Of a stretch of DNA of 42,985 bases, positions 37,323-42,985 are shown piece by piece. Origin of the DNA: Candidatus Vogelbacteria bacterium (GTDB taxonomy: Bacteria > Patescibacteriota > Minisyncoccia > Phycocordibacterales > XYD1-FULL-46-19). The notes below the pieces were generated by a model. That model searched no databases. It was not told the origin of the DNA and worked only from the letters and a program-made list of their open reading frames with translations. The translations under genes were made by a program, and so were the position numbers. How positions within the stretch are numbered: the stretch's first letter is position 1; every line of letters starts with the position of its first letter. The stretch spans positions 1 to 42,985 of the forward strand of contig CAIPHT010000014.1 of NCBI GenBank assembly GCA_903864935.1, read 5' to 3'.

Positions 37323-37958
37323 TTATTTTTTTGTCGCAATTACTCTAATAAACTTTTGGTTGGCTTGGTTGGCCTTGTTTGATGGAGCAAACCCTGATTT
37401 TTCTTCGGCCATAACTATCTCGAAGCCGATTGATTTTAATTTTGCAACAAGCTTGTCAATATCTATAAAGCGACGATAATGACCCTCGTAAATATAAGAA
37501 TCTGTTTCTCCTTTTACTGGTTCACCTAATTTATAGAATTCATTCTTTTTACCCCTTGCTTCTATTAATATTTTGCCACCCTCTTTTAAATTTTTATAAG
37601 CCCACTTAATTACCTCATCCTCTTCTTTTTCTGAGATTGAGTGTAGTGTGAAACGGGAATAAACATGGTCAAATGTTTCTAATTTTTTTAGTTTTGTAAA
37701 ATCCGCAGAAATAAAATTTAAGGTTGAGAGATCGTTTTTTTCTATTAAAATTTTAATTTCTTCTTCACACTGGTCTATGGCGACAACATTTATCCCGTGA
37801 CTGGCGAAAAAAATACTATCACGGCCGTTTCCGCAACCAAGTTCAATAAGGGAGTGCTCACTTCTTAGATGGTTGTCTAGCACAAACTGAGCAAAAGGCG
37901 ATGACTCCAGCGGTGCCCCTTGGTGTTTGTAGTATTTTTCCCAATATTCTTTATCCAT
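37323..37958 (-). CDS. Class I SAM-dependent methyltransferase
   Basis: YWEKYY, LIELGCGNGRDS, YSRFTLHSI and GHYRRF motifs. Confidence 0.88.
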   Translation of the reverse strand: MDKEYWEKYYKHQGAPLESSPFAQFVLDNHLRSEHSLIELGCGNGRDSIFFASHGINVVAIDQCEEEIKILIEKNDLSTLNFISADFTKLKKLETFDHVYSRFTLHSISEKEEDEVIKWAYKNLKEGGKILIEARGKKNEFYKLGEPVKGETDSYIYEGHYRRFIDIDKLVAKLKSIGFEIVMAEEKSGFAPSNKANQANQKFIRVIATKK

Positions 37959-37987
37959 GTTTATATATTATTATCAGGTAATGGTAA

Positions 37988-39292
37988 TTATGCAAAGATT
38001 TTCATTATACCATCTCTCGACTTTTTGAAGAAAAAGAGACTCAAGACAACTGACATATAGGATAACATTGTTCCCCAAGCAGATCCCTCTGAGCCAAAAA
38101 GGGGAATCAAGATAAGGTTAAGAACAACATTTGTTGTCGCACCAATGATACTGGTATATAAAAAGATACGGGTGAAGTTCTCGGCGATAAAATAATGTTG
38201 AACTAAAACCACGAGGGTTATAGCGATACTCGTCCAAAGATAAATTCGAAGGATGGGCGTCGCCCCGATAAAAGCTTGGCCGAAGACAAGTTTAATGATC
38301 AAGGGAGCAAAGATAAAAAGAGGCAGGGCAATAATAGCAGTAATCCCAATTGTTAAACCGGCAAGAGCTCGGAATCTCTTGGCGTAGAGAGGAAAATTTG
38401 TTTTTTTGGCATTAACAATTGCGGGGAAGACCGAGCCAATAATCATCCCGGGTAAGAAGGCCCAGATTTGGGTCAATTTAACAGCGACACCATAGATACC
38501 AACCGTGGCTGAATCGATTAAATGGAGAAGTAGAACTTGGTCTATCTTGGCATAAACATAACCAGAAAAACCAGCCAAAATTAAGGGCCAAGAATCTCGA
38601 AGAAGCAATTTAAAGGTATCTAATTTAAATTTCCACGAAGAGGGCTTGTTGTGGAAACGGGCAATATAAACATAGATAGACCAAAGGGCCGAGATAAAAC
38701 CTTCGATAAAAATTATTAAAGCAAAATAAATTAAACCTCGATTCAAAAAGATGACGAGGATCTTAAGAGCGGGGATAAAGAAGGCCAAGAAGATTGAAAT
38801 TTGTGAGCTATACTTAGCTTTAACCTGAGCATTAAAAAGGACACCGACTGTACCAATGGGGTTGATAAGGAAATTCAAGGCACAAATACCGACAAGAGTC
38901 GTCAGGAGTAAGTTGTCACCCAAAAGATGGGAGATAGTAACGGCGATGATAAAAGCGATAAGACCAAAAAATAGTTTAGCAAAAATAGCTGTTCCTAATA
39001 ATTCATTTTCTTTCTCTGGATAGCTTATTAAGTCACGATAGAGAATCTGGTCAATGCCGAGTGAAGAGAAGATTGAGATAATTGCCACGAAACTTTGGGC
39101 ATAATCGAGCTTCCCTAAATTTTCTGGACCGAGATAGCGGGCGACCATGGCCACGGTGAGGAAGGAAGTGAAGAAAGAGGTAATTCGGGCCGCAAACAAC
39201 CAGCCGGTATTTTTAAAATACTTTTGAAAGCCGGCGTGTTGCCACCACTGCTTAGTGAATGTTTGGGTCTCTTTGTAAAATCTCTTGAACAT
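37988..39292 (-). CDS. wzx: Wzx flippase
   Basis: KNTGWL, ARYLGPENLG, SLGID, KIDQVLL, GIYGVA, LIPLFG and GSAW motifs in a polytopic membrane protein. Confidence 0.9.
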   Translation of the reverse strand: MFKRFYKETQTFTKQWWQHAGFQKYFKNTGWLFAARITSFFTSFLTVAMVARYLGPENLGKLDYAQSFVAIISIFSSLGIDQILYRDLISYPEKENELLGTAIFAKLFFGLIAFIIAVTISHLLGDNLLLTTLVGICALNFLINPIGTVGVLFNAQVKAKYSSQISIFLAFFIPALKILVIFLNRGLIYFALIIFIEGFISALWSIYVYIARFHNKPSSWKFKLDTFKLLLRDSWPLILAGFSGYVYAKIDQVLLLHLIDSATVGIYGVAVKLTQIWAFLPGMIIGSVFPAIVNAKKTNFPLYAKRFRALAGLTIGITAIIALPLFIFAPLIIKLVFGQAFIGATPILRIYLWTSIAITLVVLVQHYFIAENFTRIFLYTSIIGATTNVVLNLILIPLFGSEGSAWGTMLSYMSVVLSLFFFKKSRDGIMKIFA

Positions 39293-39295
39293 GTT

Positions 39296-39541
39296 TTACC
39301 AATTAAGAATTTTATCGGCGACCTTCTTCTTTGTTTTTAGGTATTTGTCGATTGCTTTTTCTTCAAGCTCTGGTGAGACTAAGCGGAGGATTTCTTTTCC
39401 CATAATGCGATATTGTCCGCCAATTTTGTTGGCCCGGATGGCTCCATTTTTGAGTAAGCGCTTAATTGTGCTTTCACTAATGCGGAGCACCTTTTGGGTC
39501 TCAGTGGTTGTATAGACGGCGAGAGGTTTAATTTCTTCCAT
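39296..39541 (-). CDS. Small helix-turn-helix DNA-binding protein (excisionase/HTH_17-like)
   Basis: YTTTETQKVLRISESTIKRLLKNGAIRANKIGGQYRI motif. Confidence 0.85.
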   Translation of the reverse strand: MEEIKPLAVYTTTETQKVLRISESTIKRLLKNGAIRANKIGGQYRIMGKEILRLVSPELEEKAIDKYLKTKKKVADKILNW

Positions 39542-39549
39542 TAACCGCT

Positions 39550-39588
39550 ATTCTAGCTGATAGGTCAGAAGGTGTCAACGGGTGTCAA
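39550..39588 (-). promoter_or_regulatory. Promoter and candidate operator of the HTH/wzx glycan operon
   Basis: Minus strand reads TTGACA-N17-TAGAAT-N8-ATG. There is a second TTGACA 10 nt upstream and CTGA-N4-TCAG in the spacer. Confidence 0.8.
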
Positions 39589-39593
39589 GTGGA

Positions 39594-40796
39594 TTAGTCG
39601 CGAATTATCTCCCTCATAATCTTCACCCTAATCGATTCAGGCAAGGGCTCTTTGGTGATGCAGATGAGATAACCTCCGCCCCCAGCGCCGGAGAGCTTGT
39701 AGCCAAGGATATTACCTTTGCTCTCTTTTATCTTGTCTTTAATAAATTGCTCGATTTCTTTATTTGTCATTAAGGGAAACATTGCCACTTGGGCGCGGAA
39801 GCTTGCGGTTACTCCTTCGGCCAATAGGTTTATATCCTTGTTTTTTATTGCCTCCCAAACTTTTTGACTAGCCTCGCTTAATTTCTTTGTGCCAGATTTT
39901 GTAACTCTTGTTTTTTCTAGGACGCGGAAGTTTTGGCCTCGTGGGGTAAGGGGAAGAAGAAAAATGTGGTCACTTAAGAATTTTATTGTTGAAGGGGTGT
40001 TGATTGTCTCTATTTTCTCTGGCCAGTATTTACCATTATATAGAGAGTTGGTAATGCCCGGGATAACAATACCGATTGAATCTTGGGAACCAGCCACCTC
40101 AACTGTGCCCGGTGGATTCTCGTGAGCAAAGAGAATTTTGGCCAATTTAAGAGGATCGCCTTTATCAATATGATTACCCCAAAGGTCGAGGGCCTTTTGT
40201 CTGGTGCTTGTGGCCATGCCGCTGCGCAAATTAAAAGTAATTGTTCTTTCTATATTAAGCGATTTGTCTTTAAACTTAAGAGGTACCCCAAAGATAGGGA
40301 AGGTGATGACCGAGCCTGGGTAATTTTTGGAAACATTCGGTTGATCAAGCCAACCCCCAGCTAGATCAATGCGATAGGGGATCTTAATTATCTTCTTAAG
40401 GCCTGTTGTTGATCGGGGGGTTAAGCCTTCGGCTGGGGTTCTACTTAAAACAACATACTTAATACCCAGTTTCTCGACGAACTTTTTCTTTTTGGGAGAA
40501 TCGCCATCGGTGTTTACGATAAAATAATTAGGCTTTATTTTTCTGATTGATTTTTTTAAATCGAGAACACCCATTTCTTGAGAGATAAAGGCATCTTTGA
40601 CATAGCGAATGGCTTTAACCATAAAAAGTCTTTCTCCTTCTGTATTTGTTGGTCTCCGGTCTTTTAATTGAGAAATGTTTTTATCTGAGCCAATAGACAC
40701 ATAAAGATCTCCATAAGCCGAAGCCTCTTTAAAAAATTGCACATGTCCCGAGTGGAGCAGGTCAAAACAGCCACTGATCATCACTTTTTTTGCCAT
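39594..40796 (-). CDS. Cytidylyl/adenylyltransferase-GHMP kinase fusion
   Basis: N-terminal SGCFDLLHSGH (HIGH) and ERLFMV; C-terminal PYRIDLAGGWLD, GMATS, GSQD and KLSGAGGGGY. ATG 40796 preferred because 40811 overlaps the -10 box. Confidence 0.85.
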   Translation of the reverse strand: MAKKVMISGCFDLLHSGHVQFFKEASAYGDLYVSIGSDKNISQLKDRRPTNTEGERLFMVKAIRYVKDAFISQEMGVLDLKKSIRKIKPNYFIVNTDGDSPKKKKFVEKLGIKYVVLSRTPAEGLTPRSTTGLKKIIKIPYRIDLAGGWLDQPNVSKNYPGSVITFPIFGVPLKFKDKSLNIERTITFNLRSGMATSTRQKALDLWGNHIDKGDPLKLAKILFAHENPPGTVEVAGSQDSIGIVIPGITNSLYNGKYWPEKIETINTPSTIKFLSDHIFLLPLTPRGQNFRVLEKTRVTKSGTKKLSEASQKVWEAIKNKDINLLAEGVTASFRAQVAMFPLMTNKEIEQFIKDKIKESKGNILGYKLSGAGGGGYLICITKEPLPESIRVKIMREIIRD

Positions 40797-40876
40797 AAAC
40801 GGTTTGAGCATAACACGATTTTGTCGTCTTTACCACCTTTTTATTCCTTGAAAATCTGTGTTATATTAGAGCCATT

Positions 40877-42961
40877 ATGACAACTAACAAATGGCTCAAG
40901 TATTTTATATACGCCGGTATTTTTGTAATACCGTTTATTCCGTGGATTGTAGCGAGTTCCTCGTACTTTCCCTTTATTACTGGTAAAGGCTTTGCCTTTA
41001 GACTTATTGTCGAATTAATTTTTGCGGCCTGGGCAGTTCTTGCCCTGCGCGATAATTCGGCTCGACCCGAGAAGTCTTGGGTTCTTTATTCGGTCCTAAT
41101 ATTGGGGGCTGTTGATATCTTGGCCACTATCTTTGGCCTTAATCCCTACCGCTCCTTCTGGTCTAATTATGAGCGTATGGATGGTTTAGTCACAATCTTG
41201 CATCTTGTGGCTTACTTTATTGTTCTCATTTCCGTTCTTAAGGATAAGATGAAGTGGTTCTACTTAGCTAATGTTGCTCTTATCGCCAATGTCTATATTG
41301 CGCTTTATGGTTTCTTACAACTGGCCGGCAAGGCTCAGATTCACCAGAGTGCCGCCCGTCTTGATGCTTCACTTGGTAACTCGGCTTATCTCGCGGTCTA
41401 CGTTCTCTTCATGATCTTCATCGCTGGTTATTTGTTGTTCTTGACTTGGTCTAAGAATAAGGCTCTCGCCATTTTCTATATCGTGATGATGGTGCTCGAT
41501 ATTGTTGTCTTGTATTATACCGCAACTCGTGGAGCCATCTTGGGTCTTATTGGGGGAGTCTTTTTGACTTGTCTGCTTCTCGCCATCTTCAAATCAGGGG
41601 TGACGAGAAAGATTGCGGGAGCGGTTGTTATCTTGGCAATTGTTTTGGTTGCCGGATTCTACTCAATTAGAAATACTGACTTTGTAAAAAGTAGCCAGGT
41701 TCTCTCACGTTTTACCGATATCTCCCTTTCGGGTGGTACGGCTGGTTCACGTCTAATGATTTGGAAGATGAGTTTACAGGGCTTTAAGGAGCACCCCGTG
41801 CTTGGTTGGGGACCAGAAAATTACTCGATGGTCTTTAGCAAATATTATGACCCTGGTATGTATGGCCAGGAGCCGTGGTTTGATCGCTCTCACAATATTT
41901 TCTTTGATTGGTTAATTAACGCCGGTCTCTTGGGTTTGCTCGCTTATCTCTCTGTTTATATTAGTGCGCTCTACTATCTCTGGTTTGGTCAAAAGAAAAA
42001 AGAAGAAGAAAAAGTTTTTACGAGTTCACTCGTTGCTAAGAGTTTGCTGACTGGTTTATTCGCGGCTTATTTCTTCCACAATATTTTTGTCTTCGATAAT
42101 CTTATTAGTTATATTCTTTTCTTCTCAGTGATTGCGTTTATTCATTTTCTTTCAATCAGTAAAGATTATGAAAAAGAAAAAACTCTAGCGGTAAAAAAAG
42201 ATTATCAGGTTAAGAAAAAAAATAATGACGAGATTGATTTGCTTGCGACAGGAGGAGCAATTGTTATTGTCATTGTTTTGCTTGGTTGTCTTTATTATGT
42301 TAATTACAAACCATATCAAGTCTCAGTTAATTTAATTCGGGCCATCGCGACGGGTACAACCCAGGCCGATAATAGCCTAAAAATTTTCCAACAAGTTTTT
42401 GCGGCTGATACTTTTGGTTCGGGTGAGGCACGCGAGCAACTTATCTCCATGACAATGGGTGTGCTTAATGATTCTAAAATTTCGAACGAGACCAAGACCG
42501 CCTTCGTTAACTTAACGGGCGAGCAAATTAAGGCTCATCAAATACATTTTGCTGATGATGCCAGGTCTAACCTCCTCTTTGGCTCTTATCTCTCGGCTCT
42601 TGGTCAGACTGACGCTGGCCTCGTTTTCCTTAAGAAAGCGGAGCAAGAATCGCCAAAAAAGCAACAAATTCTCTTTGAATTGGGGGGCGCGTATATTCGG
42701 AAGCAAGACGCGGCCAATGCCGTTAGAGTTATCAAAGAGGCTTATGATCTCGATACTAATTATGTCGAAGCGAGAAAAATGTACGCCATTGTTTCTCTTA
42801 TGACGGGCCAAACTAAATTGGCGATGGAACTCTTGGCTCCAATAAAAAATTCTCCTGATTATTATAATGATGATCGGTTTGTAAATTTGTATCAGCAAAT
42901 GGGTGATAAAAAAGATTTGCAAGAAATAAATTTATTGCGCGCGAGTTCAACAAAAAAATAA
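40877..42961 (+). CDS. O-antigen ligase / O-oligosaccharyltransferase-like (Wzy_C) membrane protein with a TPR-like C-terminus
   Basis: SLGNSAYLA, TATRGA, SRLMIW, HPVLGWGPENY and DRSHNIFFDWL motifs; helical-repeat C-terminus. Confidence 0.88.
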   Translation: MTTNKWLKYFIYAGIFVIPFIPWIVASSSYFPFITGKGFAFRLIVELIFAAWAVLALRDNSARPEKSWVLYSVLILGAVDILATIFGLNPYRSFWSNYERMDGLVTILHLVAYFIVLISVLKDKMKWFYLANVALIANVYIALYGFLQLAGKAQIHQSAARLDASLGNSAYLAVYVLFMIFIAGYLLFLTWSKNKALAIFYIVMMVLDIVVLYYTATRGAILGLIGGVFLTCLLLAIFKSGVTRKIAGAVVILAIVLVAGFYSIRNTDFVKSSQVLSRFTDISLSGGTAGSRLMIWKMSLQGFKEHPVLGWGPENYSMVFSKYYDPGMYGQEPWFDRSHNIFFDWLINAGLLGLLAYLSVYISALYYLWFGQKKKEEEKVFTSSLVAKSLLTGLFAAYFFHNIFVFDNLISYILFFSVIAFIHFLSISKDYEKEKTLAVKKDYQVKKKNNDEIDLLATGGAIVIVIVLLGCLYYVNYKPYQVSVNLIRAIATGTTQADNSLKIFQQVFAADTFGSGEAREQLISMTMGVLNDSKISNETKTAFVNLTGEQIKAHQIHFADDARSNLLFGSYLSALGQTDAGLVFLKKAEQESPKKQQILFELGGAYIRKQDAANAVRVIKEAYDLDTNYVEARKMYAIVSLMTGQTKLAMELLAPIKNSPDYYNDDRFVNLYQQMGDKKDLQEINLLRASSTKK

Positions 42962-42985
42962 TTAATAAAAATTAATTTAAAATAA

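Noticed and set aside
39296-39541. Prophage excisionase marking a prophage
   Set aside because: No integrase or phage genes; it is embedded at the head of a glycan operon.
24956-40364. Plus-strand short ORFs antisense to the glycan genes (30126-30592, 34980-35216, 40083-40364 and others)
   Set aside because: Shadow frames of well-supported minus-strand genes with no recognisable motifs.

Overview
This is a chromosomal window from a Patescibacteria (CPR) genome, most likely Parcubacteria/OD1-type, judged from 16S signatures and gene content. Housekeeping and envelope genes are rodA, folD, secD, secF, murD, murC, a PAP2 phosphatase, a YdcF-family gene and a VirD4/TraD-like ATPase. There is a stand-alone 16S rRNA gene lacking the anti-Shine-Dalgarno tail, and a tRNA-Ile(GAT) flanked by its own 5' and 3' halves. 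Three orphan genes each carry their own promoter, SD and terminator. A 16-gene surface-glycan cluster, in which half the genes are methyltransferase-like, lies next to a nucleotidyltransferase-GHMP kinase fusion and a WaaL/PglL-like ligase. The strongest candidates for new biology are: (1) a ~1011-aa SufS-type cysteine desulfurase fused to an unrecognised Rossmann-like domain and a glycine-N-methyltransferase-like domain, followed by a paralogous methyltransferase; (2) in-frame palindromic elements inserted in murD and murC; (3) an anti-SD-less ribosome paired with promoters placed 6-11 nt from ATG; (4) the nested tRNA-Ile locus. All assignments come from reading motifs by eye; no searches or folding programs were run.
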